64,000 bases of DNA from Eledone cirrhosa (GCA_964016885.1 OZ024740.1:311612001-311676000); one strand, 5' to 3'; numbered from the stretch's first letter, positions 24,601-41,591 are shown. Numbers and translations: made by a program. Notes: generated by a model from the sequence alone, not told the origin.

Positions 24601-25114
24601 GGACAACTTCCAGAAATCTCTGGCCTTGCAGTGCTACCGAGGAGCCTTGCCAGTTGGGGATAAACTCTACAGGCATGGAGGTGCCGTCAGCCGGGCATGT
24701 CCGAGATGCGCGCAGGGCGACGAAACCGTCCTGCACGCACTCGTCCAGTGTCCGAAAATTGCTGACTTGTGGGTTTATGTCGAACACCTGCTGTCGCGTG
24801 TAGGACGGATCCGGCTATCATCTGAGTCCATCGTGAGGATTGCCCCGCCCTCCTCCTTTAGCCGGGAAGGGCAGGCAGTTTTTATCTGTCTGGTGGCCAT
24901 GGCGAAAGAGATAGTATGGTGGACACGTTTGAAAGGGCTGAAGACGAGCACTTACCTCTTCGGTGATGCTCTGATTGACTTTTTCAAATTTCATTTGAAA
25001 AGGAAAATCAGAGTAGAGAGGGAAGTGCTCTCTTCCCAGCATTTTGTTGAAAGATGGGTGAGAGAAGCAAGAATGGCCCGAGTGAATGGGCCTACTCTGA
25101 GTATATATCTGTAA
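21694..25114 (+). pseudogene. Tx1-B ORF2 (APE-RT-zinc finger), single +1 frameshift near 23290
   Basis: ORFs 21694..23418 and 23291..25114. Confidence 0.95.
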
Positions 25115-25408
25115 ATTAAAGGTGGAAAACTGGGAGAGGGCACTTGCCTTAGTGGTCAGGGTCACTGTGGCCTTTTACTGGGCTTTCTCCACAAATGTCC
25201 CTCCGAAGTCTCCCCCCTATTGGGGAATTTCTCATTGTTATTTTCATTGTTATTTTTGTTACATCCTCTGTTTTTGTTTTTTACACGCAGAAATGCCCAT
25301 TTGTACCGTCCAGTATTGTCCTGCACTGTCCTTAATGTCTACTTTATGTAAACCCTTGTGGTTAATAAAGAAATCATTATTATTATTATTATTATTGTTA
25401 TTGTTATT

Positions 25409-26284
25409 CCTTGAATCTCAGTCATTGATGTTGGTTAACTGGAAAGTCCGTTGGATTGAATATCAAGCCACTACCTGCAGCCTCAGATATTCAGGACGTA
25501 TCGGAGGGTTCTTGCTGTTCCAAGCAAGCATGCCTTTTGAAGCGTTCCAAAAAGCGTGAAGGGGCCGATTTTCTTTAACCATCCCTGGAAACTTTTGGAG
25601 ATAGTCCCCAGTGCGCCTATGACAATCGGGATCACTTTGACATCATGGCAGTTCCAAATCCTTTTCACCTCCCACTTTAGGTCCTGGTATCGGTTAATTT
25701 TCTCCCTCTCCTTCTCTTGCACTCTCGTGTCGAACGGGCAGGCCACATCCACAATCAGGCACGATCTTTTTTCTTTGTCCACAACCACCAGGTCAGGTCT
25801 ATTGTGTTCCAGTTTTTTGTCCGTCTGTATCCTAAAATCCCACAGCACCATCACCTGATTGTTCTCCATCACCGCCTCTGGCCTATGCTCATACCATTTC
25901 TCAGAATGTGGTAGATTGTTTACTTTGCACAGGTGCCAGTGGATCACCCTGCCCATCACATCGTGTCTCCAGCCCTTATAGTGGGTCTGGGCTAGGTGTT
26001 TACACTCGGACACAATGTGAGCCACAGTCTCCTCTCTCTCTCCACAGATCCTGCACAGTGGGCTGGCCTCCTCCTTGTAGATATGGTGCTTCAACCACTT
26101 CGTTTTGAGGGCCTGCTCCTGCGCAGCCATTAGCATTCCTTCTGTAGCCTTTTTGAGGTCTCCTCTTCTCAACCAGTTCCATGTCTGTGGATCTCTAAAT
26201 TCAGTTTTCTCAAAGAAGGTACTATGAAGGGGTTTTCCCTTAAGGCTGCTCTTCCTCCTTGATGTTATTTCCTCCCTGGACATC
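25409..26284 (-). mobile_element. Second Dong-1 copy, 3' part (RLE domain)
   Basis: Near-identical to 14900-15775; ORF 25483..26283. Confidence 0.92.
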
Positions 26285-26373
26285 TGTGTCTATTATTAGG
26301 TACAGTGCGGGAATTCTGAGATGGAATGTTGCTGAACAGAAAGAAATGGATAGGAAGACTAGGAAGCTATTGA

Positions 26374-26375
<2 letters not shown>
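26284..26375 (+). mobile_element. Inverted ~90 bp Dong-1 segment
   Basis: Reverse complement of ~15964-16055 (VSIIRYSAGILRWNVAEQKEMDRKTRKLL). Confidence 0.9.
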
Positions 26376-29299
<2,924 letters not shown>

Positions 29300-29643
29300 A
29301 TGTAGTATGTTATTTTCACCACTCTCTTTGGAAACATGCAACAGCGGTCAAGCACAAATATATATAAACACTCTCTTAATGAAAGTGTTTATCTTCTATG
29401 ATATATTATAACAAATGAAAAAATTCATTTAATGTCGCTTCCGATCTTTGGTTTTCCCTATCTATCTTTTTTCTGTGTCACTACTCTTACTCTCTGCTTT
29501 TTCACAATGAACGTTTTCTCATTATTTGCTTAGAATAATATTGATATCGTCCATTAACTGAACATTTTATTTTATTTTCATTCATGATGAAGTTCCCTTT
29601 CCACAAAAAATACAACAGCAAACAACAGAATCAATCAATTTTA

Positions 29644-29883
29644 CAGGAGCAGTGGAAGTATTTCAGAATTTGGGAGGGCCAGATTTGGACAATTTAGTTG
29701 TAGTGATTAGTTTAGCCCTTTGTATTCTAAAATCGCCAGAAAACTTCGACATGCGATAAACATAACATGTACGTAAATTGTTGCGCATATCCAAATGGAA
29801 GTGTGTTTTGATAGTTTGGGAGAAAATATAATTATTGGAGGGGGAGGGGGAAGGGCATCCCCCTCCCAGTTCCACCGTCTCTG
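29644..29883. mobile_element. Possible MITE
   Basis: Imperfect TIRs caggagcagtggaa / ttccaccgtctctg. Confidence 0.4.
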
Positions 29884-29988
29884 TATATATATAATTAAAC
29901 AAATATTATGCTCTGTGCCCTTTCCTAAACGGTTAATATATCGAGATTCTTCGCATTTGGTAAGAAACTGGTATTATACCCAATTTAT

Positions 29989-29990
29989 TC

Positions 29991-30035
<45 letters not shown>

Positions 30036-30039
30036 AGAA

Positions 30040-30130
<91 letters not shown>
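29989..30130. repeat. (TATC)n (GATA-type) microsatellite preceding Tx1 array
   Basis: Direct reading. Confidence 0.95.
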
Positions 30131-30133
<3 letters not shown>

Positions 30134-33100
30134 TATGAAAGGTGGGTGAAAGTGGCGAGAATGGCCCGAGTGAATGGGCCTTCTCTCTATATCAACATGG
30201 CTAGTTTACGATTTGGAACCGTGAATGTGCGTGGCCTAGGGATGGCCTGGAAACAGGGCCAACTTTTAAACGACCTTGGGTCACGCAGTATGGATGTGAT
30301 AGCCATCACCAAGTCATCACGATGGGACTATGTGGGAGCATGACCCAGTAGAGCGGGGTGCAACAGCCTCAAAACTTTAATCGGCCAATTCCAACTGGCC
30401 GATAGGTATCGACTGGATTTCCCGACTGCACCACAGTGGACGTAGGCAAACCGCAGTGGGACATCTAGATCGTATTTAGATAGGTTCTTCATTAGAGAAA
30501 GGGACAAGGAGATGTTAAGCTGTCCACGAATGCACATGGTTGCCTATTCGGATCACAAGTTAGTCGTCTGCTTAGTCAACCGTGATAGAATACATAGACA
30601 GGGACCCGGATACTGGAAGCTGAACGTGTCGTTGCCGGCACGTAAAGCTTACAGTGAACGGATAAGTAGACTAGTCAAGCAACAGTTAACGGGAGCCATC
30701 GTCAACAATAGATGGTGGTACTCTCTCAAGAAAGCAATTAGAATAGAATCGATAGGGTATAGCAGAGAGTTATCCTTAGAGAAAAACAGAATAGAAAGAG
30801 AACTAGTAGCCAAGGTAGAGGAGGCACTTAGAAGTGGCAACGCAGCTAGAGTGTTAGCGTCGAGAACGGCACTAGACCAGTTCTTCGATGCGAAACATGA
30901 GGGCTGCGTGGTCAGAAGCAAAACACGTGCTCTAGGAAACGAAGGAGCGAAAGCTGTCAGCTGGGCCCGAGTGGCGGAGGCAAAAAGTGGCAACAAGTCC
31001 ACGATTCGGTTTTTGAAAGACCAAAAGGGATGCGTGCTACTTGACGCCGAGCAAATGTGCGCGGCCTTTCAGCGGCACTTTGCGCGACTGTTTGAGCAGA
31101 ACGATGGTGAGCCGAACGGGGCAATGGACTTTAGTTCATACCTCGACGGCCTGCCGCGTCTCTCGAACACGGACGCCGAGTTCTGCGAAAGCCGATCACG
31201 GACACTGAGATACGAGTTTTACATAGGCATGCCGGACTTGTTCTCTGGCGTCCTCGAAGCCGTCTACTGCAATTGGCAGCAGAACGGGAACATTCCCAGT
31301 TCTACAGACAAGGGCGTAGTAATGCTGATCAGGAAAGACGAGAACAAGGGGGACGAAATTAACAAATTCAGGTCCATAACTCTGCTCAACACAGAGTTAA
31401 AGATTTTGGCCAAGGTGCTAGCGACGAGGTTGGCGCTTGTCGTCGAGAACCTAGTAGGGAAAGCGCAAACGTGTGCAATCCCGACCAGGTCCATACACGA
31501 CAACTTCCACCTCATGCGGTTCTCAAGGCGGCCGGTTTCGGTCCCGTGTTCAGAGGATGGATCGAGGCGATGCACACCAGCATCTGCTCGAGGGTCAAGG
31601 TGAACGGCTACCTATCGGAGCCGTTCGCAATCACGCGTTCCATTCGACAGGGGTACCCTCTCTCCTCCATTCTGTATGTATTGACTCAAGAGCCACTACT
31701 GCGGAAATTGGAGCTGTTGCAGGGCATCCCTCTAGAACCGGGACTGCGCAAAGCGGCGTCGGCTTATGCCGACGACGTGACGGTAATGGTGTCGAGCACC
31801 TCGGAAATCGGGGTGATCGGCAACTTACTGAAAGAATACGAAACGCTGACGGGAGCAAAGCTAAACCCGGACAAGTCTGTCGGTTTCCAACTCGGTACGT
31901 GGGGAGGCAAACTGATAACGTCCGACAGCGTCGTTGGACGCTGGACGGACGGACCGGTGAAATTGCTCGGGGTCTGGTTCGGTCCAGACTTCCAGGTGGA
32001 GAAAAACTGGAACGAGGTCACGGCCAAGTTGTTTGCATTCACCCAGAAGTGGGCAGAGTGCAAACTGTCCCTGAAACGTTGAGCGGAGGTAGCCAACATT
32101 TTCATAGCGCCCCTCATCTACTACCGCTTGACTGTCGTGCCTTGTCCCTGTGAACACCTCGCCAAGATGGAACGCATGCTCTTCCAGTTTCTGTGGAAGA
32201 AGCAGGCTTCGCTGGTGAGGAGATCCGTCGGCTGTCAGCACCCTTCCAACGGAGGGCTGGGAATGCCGTGGCTGATGATGTGCAAACATGCGCTGAGGCT
32301 GCGGCATCTCCAAGTATTCCTCACCGACCCCCAACCGGTGTGGGCACAGCTCGTCTCGCTGACGGAGCTGCAGTCCTGGGTCAAGAAAAGACCGAAACCG
32401 ATGGGCGCCTGGCACATTGAATGCGCTCAGGCGCTCACAGTCCTCTGGCAAGCGGGCGCAGCAATCAGTGGATACTCCACTTCTACATTCTATAGAGGGA
32501 TTGTACGTTACAAGGGCGACGACGTGCTCGGAGAGACTCTGGGCGTCGAAGACGATGAGATCACCAGTCTGTTTGGTAGAACTTTTCGCCCGGGACCTAT
32601 GGACAACTTCCAGAGTTCCCTGGCCTGGCAGTGCTACCAAGGAGCTCTACCGGTTCGTGACAAGATCTACAGGCACGGACGCCCCGGCAGGGATCCTTGC
32701 AAGAGGACGTGTCCAAGATGCGCGCAGGACTTGGAACAGTCCTGCACGCAATTGTACACTGCCCGGGCGTAACCGACATGTGGAACTATGCAGAACAACT
32801 GCTGTCGCGTATGGGACAAATCCAGTTGACTGCCGAGTCCATAGTAAGGATCAAACCCCCAGCCTCTTTCAAAAACGAAAGAGAGGCGGTTTTCCTCAGT
32901 TCGGTGGCTATGGTGAAAGAAGTGATATGGTGGACGAGGTTGAGAGGACTGAGGACAGATGCCTTTCTCTCCGGACAACAATTGATTCCCTTCTTTAAGT
33001 ATCACTTTAGAAGGAGAATCAGGGTGGAGAGAGAGGCACTGCACCCCAGTAAATTTACTGAAAGGTGGGTGAATGAAGAGAAAATGGCCCGAGTGATTGG

Positions 33101-33356
33101 ACCATCTCTGTTTATAGGCCTATAGGTTAAAAAAGAGAGAAAAAGGAAGAAAGGATCACTTTTACAACACGCCCCTGAAGTTGAGGGTTGTTCTATCTAT
33201 GGGGTATTAAACAACCCATTTGTGGCGCCTCCCCCCTATTGGGGATTTCAATTGTTGTAATTGTTTTTATATTTTTTACACGACTGTATGTAAAATCCCC
33301 GGCATGTATTTGTATTGTCCCCTTTTCTTGTGCGTCCTTGTGGCTAATAAAGAAAT
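30131..33356 (+). mobile_element. Tx1-type copy E (D-subfamily ORF2 + 3' UTR, internal deletions) preceded by a 66 bp ORF2 tail of the C subfamily
   Basis: ORF2 from ATG 30197 (MASLRFG), YADD, ends AATAAAGAAA + degenerate TATC. Confidence 0.9.
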
Positions 33357-33379
33357 ATATCTATTTGTCTGTCTATTTA

Positions 33380-36300
33380 GACGTTGTTTACTTCGCTCCG
33401 AAGTTTGTGTAAATTTATGGTGGAAAAACCGTAAGTTTTTGTTCAATTTTTATATTATTGTGTAGCTTGACCTTCAGGCGGTGGGTCAACTTATTTTCGC
33501 CAGGGGCGAAATATTCGTTTGAAAATTTTTATCTATCGAATTTTGAAAAAAATATCGTAAGAAGTTTGCTTACACGATGAACGATGCGTTTGGCGATAAT
33601 GGTGGTGGAGAGTCGGTAAGACTACATAGCTCGCAGTCAACATCGTCTTCTTCCCTTTCCTTCTCCATAGATACTATGGAGATGCAAAGAAGAAACCAAA
33701 TTGTAAAAAAGAATTCAAATCCAAATGACACCAAACAGTACAATGACAACAAAAATAACAACAACACCAATAATGATGATAAAAAAAACAATGACAACAA
33801 CAACAAAGGAAAAAAATAAAGACAACACCAATAATACCAGCATCAAAGACAACAACAACACTAACACCAAGGAAAATATGAACAATATCAACATCAGTGA
33901 CAACAAGAACAATAAGAACAACAACAACAATAATGACAACAAGAACAACAACAACGACAGCAACAATGATAACAACAACACCACCAACAACAACAGCAAC
34001 GCGAACAACTCCACAAACAAGGAAAAGATTTCCTTTGCACAAAGACGGAACTGTTTACATATATTGACATCACCAATGCTAGGGAGTTGTTAAGAGATGC
34101 AAGGCAGTATGTAACTTTGGGTGAGAGTGGTGCTTTCAACATCACTTCTCCTCAACAGTTACGTAGAAAAACTATCCTAAAAACAATAATTTTTAGGACA
34201 GTTTCAAATGTATCAAAAAAACCAGTCCAATTATCCCAAAACGACATTGAACTGGTTCTGAAAAATTCAATGAAGGATATTGCCTTCATCCAAAAAGGTA
34301 AACTTTTTGGAAGCATTTCGGTGTTGATGAAAGACCCATTGACGACACAAAAATATTCTGTGTCGCCAATGTGTCCCACCTTTACACCTTTTCCCCCACA
34401 TATATGGGAAAAAGAACCCAGAAAATAAAAATTTCGAACTTTACACCAAATGTAAACGTCTGGTGGATTTTGACTGGCTTCATCGATTTCGATGAAAACA
34501 CAATAATTTCAGTGGGAAAGTCCTCCAGAGGCATATTCAATGGTACAAGCCTGGAAGTTCTGGTCCAAATGAGGCCAGAATGGATAGCTAAAATACCCCA
34601 ACGTGTGCCTCTGGATGGGATTTCATACATAAACATTTCTGTTGAGGGTAGGCGGCCTTCATGTTACCACTGTTTAAGCAATGGTCACCTGAATGCTTAC
34701 TGTCCTCAGCTAGCTGCAAAAAAAGAGGCACTGCTGCCAACACCCAAAACAACAACACAACCACCACCACCACCACCACCACCACCACCACCACAACAAC
34801 AACAACAACAACACGCCAACATAACCAAAACAAGAACAACAAACCAAACTGCAAGCACAGTCCCACCCAACCCCACTCCACCTAAAACCACTGCAAAAAC
34901 GCCCACAAACAACAGCTCCCCAAAACATACCCCCTTCCAAATATCACAGACACCATAACGGGCGAGGCCCCCTCATCATCACCAAGTGACGATGAGGGAG
35001 AGCCTCTCCGTTCGAAAAGAAAGAAGAAAAGACACCACAAGAACAAAAAAGCAACAAACATCACTACAAACATACAGCCACCAACACAAACAACACAAAC
35101 ATACAGCCACCAACACAAACAACACAAACATTACAACCCGCCCCCGTCCCGAAAACAAAACCACAACATCACTCCAAACGCAGACACCTACAACAAAACG
35201 AAAGCACACGCAAGAGCTACAGACAAAAAGAAACACAACACAAGAAAATTACACTTACACATACATAAACACAGAAAACAAAACACTAATGGAGACCATC
35301 ACGAACAACCCTTCGGTGAAAACCGAAGGGAAAACTTTCGCCCACTCTAATAAACATAATAAAAAACCGAACCTAAAACTGATTAGGGTCCCTATACAAA
35401 CTTATAGGTCCCTAAAAGAAAAATTTGAAAAGGATGTGGGGAATTCCTGCGTGAAACCACTTAACCGCGTCCTTCTCAAATGTCTCCCCACCTCAGACAC
35501 CCCCATCCCACCAGACACCCCCTCCCCACCAAACATCTCCATCCCCACCGCACCGGAAACCACCGCCCACCCAGACAACCCCTCTAACACCCCCATGGAA
35601 ATCGTGCAGCCTGGTCCCCAGGAGACGAAGAGGTGAGTGATTTCTTTTCCTCTTCTTTTAACTTTTCAGCACCAACATGGCCAATATAAGAGTTGGATGT
35701 GTGAATGTACGCGGCCTGGGGATGCCCTGGAAACAGGGCAAACTCTTAAACGACCTCAGGTGGCACAGTATGGATGTAGTAGCCATCTGCGAGTCCAGGA
35801 TCCACAGCGAGCGACAGCTGGCCCCCATCTTCGACGACTTTGAGATCTACGCATCTCTCTGTCAACCGGGAGGTGGGGGTGGGGTTGCCGTTTTGCTGGA
35901 CCTCGTAACACAGACGGTACACCTGGACCCGGAGGGTCGACTGGTGGTCGTAGACGTTGACGGTAGTGAAGGTGGAGTCTTCAGGCTGGTGGCCGCACAT
36001 GTCCCATCCGGGACTCTGCGGATAGACTACTTCAAACGTCTAGAGACTTTTCCGGCTCCTTGCTTTTAGTGGGGGACTGGAATGGAATCCTAGATGCACG
36101 TTGGGACTATGTGGGAGCATGTCCCGATAAAGGGAGGTGTAACAGCCTCAACCAGTTAATCGGCCGATTTGACCTGGCCGATAGATATCGACTAGATTTT
36201 CCGACTGTGCCACACGGGACGTGGACTAATCGTAGCGGAACATCTAGATCGTACCTAGATAGGATTCTAGTTAGAAATAAAGATAGGGACATATTAAGCT

Positions 36301-39300
36301 GTCCACAAATGTTCATGGTTGCCTATTCAGATCACAAACTAGTGACCAGCATGGTCAAACGTGCTAGAACCCATAGATAAGGACCCGGCTACTGGAAGCT
36401 GAACTTGTCGTTACCGATATGCAAAGCCTACAGTAGACGGATTAGCACTTTAGTTAAACAGAACTTGACAAGGGCCATTGTCAACAACAGATGGTGGTAC
36501 TCTCTCAAGAGGGCAGTTAGATTAGACTCGTTAGTTTTTAGTAAAGAATTAGCGTTAAATAGAAATAAGATGGAGAAGGAACTGATAGATAAAGTAGAAG
36601 AAGCAATTAGAAGTGGCAACGTAGCCAGCGTGCTAGCAACGAGAACGGCCTTGAACCAGTTATTCGACGCAAAGAACCAGGGCTCCGTTGTCAGAAGCAA
36701 AATACGTACTCTGAGTAACGAGGGAGCCAAAGCTGTTAGCTGGGCCCGGGTGACGGAGGCAAAGAGTGGCAACAAGTCCACGATTCGGTCTTTGAAGGAC
36801 CAAGACGGATGCATGATACGTGAGCCGAAGCAGATGTGCGCGGCCTTTCAGCGGCACTTTGCTCAGCTGTTCGGGCAGGGCGGCGCAGCGGGAGGGCCTA
36901 TAGATTTCGGTCCATACCTCGACGGCCTACCGCGACTCTCGGACAGCGAGGCGAAGTTCTGCGAAAAGCCGATTTCAGCCGCTGAGATAGGGGACGCGCT
37001 GAGCCAATGCAGCAAACGAAAATCTCCAGGTCTCGACGGTCTACCCTACGAATTTTACGTAGCAATGGCGGACTTGTTCTCCAGTCTCCTGGAAGCGGTC
37101 TATTGCAACTGGCAGCAGAACGGTAGAATTCCCAGTTCTGTGACCAGGGGCGTAGTCACGGTAGTCAGGAAGGACGAGAATAAGGGGGATGACATAGGCA
37201 ACTTCCGGCCCATAACTCTGCTAAACACAGAGTTACAGATTTTGGCCAAGGTGTTGGCAAAGAGGCTGGTGCTTGTCGTCGAAAACCTGGTGGGAGAAGC
37301 GCAGACATGCGCAATGCCGACCAGGTCCATACACGACAACGTCCACCTCATGCGATACATCATAGAGAGGGTAGGGTGTAAACCCGGCTTCGGTGGGGCC
37401 CTGATCAACTTGGATCAATCTAAGGCTTTCGATAGGGTTGACCATCGTTACCTGGATGCGGTGCTCGAGGCGGCAGGCTTCGGACCCGTGTTTAGGGGCT
37501 GGATTGCTGCAATGCACAACAGCAACATATGCTCAAGGGTCAAGGTGAACGGCTACTCTCGGAGCCGTTCCATATCACGCGATGCATTCGACAGGGATGC
37601 CCTCTCTCCTCCCTTCTGTACGTACTGACTCTCGAGCCACTACTGCGGAAGTTGGAGCTATTGCAGGGCATCCTTCTGGAACCGGGACTGCGGAAGTGGT
37701 GCCGGCCTACGCCGACGACGTGACAGTAATGGTGTCGGGCACCTCGCAAATCGAGGAAGTTGGCACCTTACCGAAGGAATACGAAAGGTTAACAGGAGCG
37801 AAGCTGAACCGGAACAAGTCCATCGGTTTGCAACTCGGATTGTGGAGAGGCAAACCGATGTATTCCGATGGCGTCGTCAGACGCTGGACGGAAGGACCGG
37901 TAAAGCTGCTCGGGGTCTGGTTTGGTCCAGACCTCCAGGTGAAGAACTGGAACGAGGTGACGGCCAAGGTGTTTGCACTCACCCAGAAGTGGGCCGAGTG
38001 CAAACTATCATTGAAAGGTCGAGCGGTGGTGGCGAACACTTTTATAGCGTCCGTCATCTACTACCGCTTGACTGCCGTGCCTTGTCCAGCCAAATCGCTC
38101 ACCAAAATGGAGCGCGCGCCCTTCCAATTCCTTTGGAAGAAGCGGGCTCCTTTGGTGAGAAGATCCATATGTTGCCAACACTCTTCCAACGGAGGGCTGG
38201 GGTTGCCGTGGCTGACGATGCGCAAACACGCGCTCAGGCTGCTGCATCTCTACGTATTCCTCACCGGACAACCGGTGTGGGCCTCGTTCGTGAGGCGAGC
38301 CTTCCCACGCCTCGTCTCGCTGACCGAGCTGCAGTCCTGGGTCAAGCAAAGACCGAGGAAAATGGGCGACTGGCACATCGAATGTGCTCAGACGCTCACA
38401 GCCCTCTGGCAGGCGGACCCGACGATCAGTGGAGACTCCACTTCGTCATTCTACAGAGGGTTGATCCGCTGCAAGTGCGACGACGCGCTCGGAGAAACTC
38501 TAGGCGTAGAGGAAGACGAACTGGCCAGTCTGTTCGGTAGGACCTTCCGCCCGGGACCGATGGACAACTTCCAAAAGTCCCTGGCCTGGCAGTGTTACCA
38601 AGGAGCTATACCAATTCGAGACAAGCTCTACAGACACGGGCGCCCGGGCAGGGACCCTTCGAAAAAGATCTGTCCTAGATGCGTGCGAGACGAAGAAACC
38701 GTCGCGTACGCATTCGTACACTGCCCGGGCGTTACCGACCTGTGGGGCTATGTAGAGCGACTATTGTCGCGGGTGGGATCAATCCGGTTGACCACCGAGT
38801 CCATTGTCATGATCAAACCGCCACCCTCCTTCAAAAACGAAGGAGAGGCGGTTTGTTTTCCTTTGTGTGATAGCTATGGCGAAAGAGGTTGTATGGTGGA
38901 CGAGGTTAAAAGGTGTGAGGTCAGACACCTTTCTCTCCGGCCAACAACTGATTCTTTTTTTCAAATACCACTTTGGAAGAAGAATCAGGATGGAGAGAGA
39001 GGTGCTGTTCCCCAGCAAGTTTTATGAAAGGTGGGTGAAAGTGGCGAGAATGGCCTGAATGAATGGGCCTTCTCTCTATATCAGCCTGTAGGTTGAGGAA
39101 AAAGAGGAAGAGAGGAAAAGGGTACAAACTCTTCGTACTCCTGGAGATGAGGGTTGCACATTTTTTTGGGGTTATGTGTTACCCATATGTAATGTCTCCC
39201 CCTATTGGGGAAAATCGATTAATTTTTAAATTGCATTTGTGATAGTATTTTACACGTTTTTATTGTATGTAAACTACCCTATTTGTCCCCTTCTTTTGTG

Positions 39301-39322
39301 CCCCTGTGGTTAATAAAGAAAC
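33380..39322 (+). mobile_element. Tx1-type copy C, full-length, degenerate, head-to-tail after E
   Basis: ORF1 33577..35636 (CYHCLSNGHLNAYC), ORF2 35677..~39090 (APE, YADD, CPRC), ends AATAAAGAAACATATC(TC)n. Confidence 0.9.
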
Positions 39323-39323
39323 A

Positions 39324-39409
<86 letters not shown>

Positions 39410-39554
39410 TATTAAGGTACAAATTAATTGTATCCATAGGCGGTATGCCGAATGAGCACTCGGTGCTCTTGGGGAGCAGAGTATCAATAGTATCAATAAT
39501 ATTAATATATAAGGGGACAAAGAATCAGTGTTGCGTCATATACATATTTCATTA

Positions 39555-39644
39555 CATATTACATATGCTTCACTGTCAATCAGCTCGAGGAACGATCTAT
39601 TAATGATCGAACCTGACTCTGGAATCGGAAGCTACTCAGATATG
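39555..39644 (-). ncRNA. Degenerate hammerhead with long stem II (same repeat family as 63590-63680)
   Basis: catat CTGAGTA ... GAAG catatg TA atatg; two core substitutions. Confidence 0.55.
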
Positions 39645-40418
39645 TTTTAGGATGTAGACTGCATCTGAGAGTGGTTGAATATTATCCCGATTCCTTCTGA
39701 TATACTACCACACATTTTGTCATATTGGTATTTCACCGTATTCACTTGTTGGTTTGTTTTCGGTCAGATCACGGCTGGTGGCTTCCGATAATTTAGTGGC
39801 TATTACCGCCATATCTGGTCAAGTTGTCGTACGTATTCATGCGTGTCGACCCGTCTGCCTGACGCCCGCTGCTATATTGTTTGAAGTAAGCATTAAAAAC
39901 ATAAGGCAATACAAGAATGCAGGGGTGAGGAAATATAAAGAGCTAAAAGAATAAAGATACAAAATAAAAACCAACCCTAACTACGATACAGAGCCTGTTT
40001 TAAAGGATATGATAAATAAAACCACATAAACACAAAAATCCGTTCTTGCAAGTCAAAATACCCTCGGTTACAAACAAGCCGTCTATTTAACCCTCTCTAA
40101 CTTCTTATATATGTATATATATAGAGAACGAAGGTCAACCACAGACAAAGATATGAACTCTCTTCTCTAAATATGTATGTAAAAACTAATAATTATTCTT
40201 CCCCTTTTTATTATTCATATAAATATGCAACTTAACCGCAGTTGAAAAAGCAAATAATGTTGAAACCGGTACCATTATTAAATGCGGAAATAGCCACTTT
40301 ATAAATAAATGTTTTGATATTATACTGTAAAAAATCTCTCCAGCATTTTCTACTGAAAATATTTTTCCTTTTTACTATTTGTTTATATATATCAACTCGT
40401 GTGTTACTTTTCTACATT

Positions 40419-40499
<81 letters not shown>

Positions 40500-40500
<1 letters not shown>

Positions 40501-41583
40501 GAAAGTCGGCTGAAAAGTCCATAGGCTGACTATGAAGGAGTAATGCTAGAGTTGTGAAATCTTACATGTACTATTTACAACTCTTATTAATAACTGCGTC
40601 ATTTTTTCCACGTAAACTGACATCTGACTGTTCAAAGAAGACTTTAAAAGTAACTAGTAACGACTTCTCTTGAAAATTTGGCATCGTAGTGTTATCAAGT
40701 ACATGCAGAAAAAGTTTAGCCATCTAGGACATTCATGCTGACATGGTTGCTACATTAAGAAAATATTGATCGTGTTCACCACATGGTGATGGATGACAGG
40801 CGATTGACTATAAATCAAATGGCCAATGCTTTTAGCATATCCAGTGAGACTTGAGAATATTCTGCACAATGAACTTGGCATGACGAAGGTTTGTGCTAGG
40901 TGAGTGCCAAGTTTTCTGACACCAGATCAAAAGCGCACTAGGCTGATATAATCACTGGAAAATCTGACATTGTTTGAGGTAGGTCCAGCTGGTTTCCTTG
41001 AACGTTTCCTGTTGGGTTCATCATTTTGAGATAGAGACAAAGAGCCAACCCATACCATGGACCCCCCCCCCCACATACTCCAAAGAAGGCCAATGTCGAT
41101 TTATCTACTGGAAAGGCGATTGCCTCAGATTTTGGTGGTGTAAAACGTATTATATTTATTGATTATTTTCAAAAGTGGCACACCATCAATGAAGAGTACT
41201 ACACCAACTTGCTGAGGCAGTTATGAGAGGCCATCAATACCAAATGCCAAGGAATACTGGTGAAAGGGGTCGTGTTTCATCAGGTTTCAATGGCTTTGAA
41301 TTGGCTGATCAGTTTTTTGGCCCCATCTGAATATCATCTGTTCTCCAGCATGAAAAAACACTTGGCTGGGAACCAGTTCCGCAGTAATGATGACGTCATA
41401 TTTGCTGTTGATGACTTCTTTGACCCACAGGATGAAAGCCTCTTCACCAATGGGGTCCAAGCATTGCAACACCGATGGAAGAAATGTGGACTGTAAGGGA
41501 GACTATGTTGAAAAATAAATCTCATTTGTTCACATTCCATGAGAGTATCTTGGTCAGCTTATGGACTTTTCAGCCGACCCTCG
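40500..41583 (+). mobile_element. Mariner DNA transposon, degenerate and internally deleted
   Basis: ~35 bp TIRs cga(a/g)(a/g)gtcggctgaaaagtccata(g/a)gctgac; TA on the right; LAPSEYHLFSSMKKHLAG..RWKKC transposase remnant. Confidence 0.9.
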
Positions 41584-41591
41584 TATGTATG

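Larger units (their letters stand above)
19335..25375 (+). mobile_element. Tx1-type LINE copy B, full-length, inserted in (ATT)n; ORF2 near-identical to A, 5' UTR/ORF1 divergent
   Basis: ORF1 19552..21658, ORF2 21694..25114 with one frameshift, ends AATAAAGAAATC(ATT)n. Confidence 0.92.

Noticed and set aside
14900-26284. A+Dong and B+Dong as an assembly duplication
   Set aside because: The copies differ by many substitutions and indels and have different ORF1s, which argues for real paralogs
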